Below, piece by piece: positions 14,752 through 14,791 of a stretch of DNA of 14,791 nt. The stretch spans positions 1 to 14,791 of the forward strand of contig JANMKN010000196.1 in NCBI GenBank assembly GCA_031372065.1, written 5' to 3'. This DNA comes from Abditibacteriaceae bacterium (lineage in GTDB: Bacteria; Armatimonadota; Abditibacteriia; Abditibacteriales; Abditibacteriaceae). The notes below the pieces were generated by a model that searched no databases, was not told the origin of the DNA, and saw nothing but the letters and a program-made list of their open reading frames with translations. The translations under genes and the position numbers were made by a program. Every line of letters begins with the position of its first letter. Position 1 is the stretch's first letter.

Positions 14752-14791
14752 AGGAGAATGATTACTCATGTTACGCAGTGAGGTTGTGATA
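14752..14791 (+). promoter_or_regulatory. Possible translation initiation region of the next gene
   Basis: AGGAG at 14752-14756 with an ATG at 14768 open to the window end (MLRSEVVI), plus a second SD-like GAGGT at 14780-14784. Too little sequence to decide. Confidence 0.25.

Overview
Bacterial chromosomal window, mostly on the minus strand. It holds a pyruvate dehydrogenase operon (aceE, aceF, lpdA) followed directly by a second, intact E3-like flavoprotein that lacks both redox cysteines and the catalytic His, and then a 90-aa orphan gene. Downstream are a GrpE-like gene paired with a lid-less Hsp70 (no DnaJ in the window), a strong terminator, a probable stand-alone tandem ACT-domain protein and the 5' end of a GT1-type glycosyltransferase. 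A divergent plus-strand gene encodes an 823-aa TPR protein with a signal peptide. The intergenic DNA is rich in structure: repeat-built hairpins fill two PDH gene junctions, a 167-bp MITE has 18-bp TIRs and a 10-bp target duplication, an orphan terminator sits between the divergent genes, and a ~400-bp inverted array of 21-bp repeats contains a GTAG-type REP doublet. All calls come from motif reading by eye; no database search was run.
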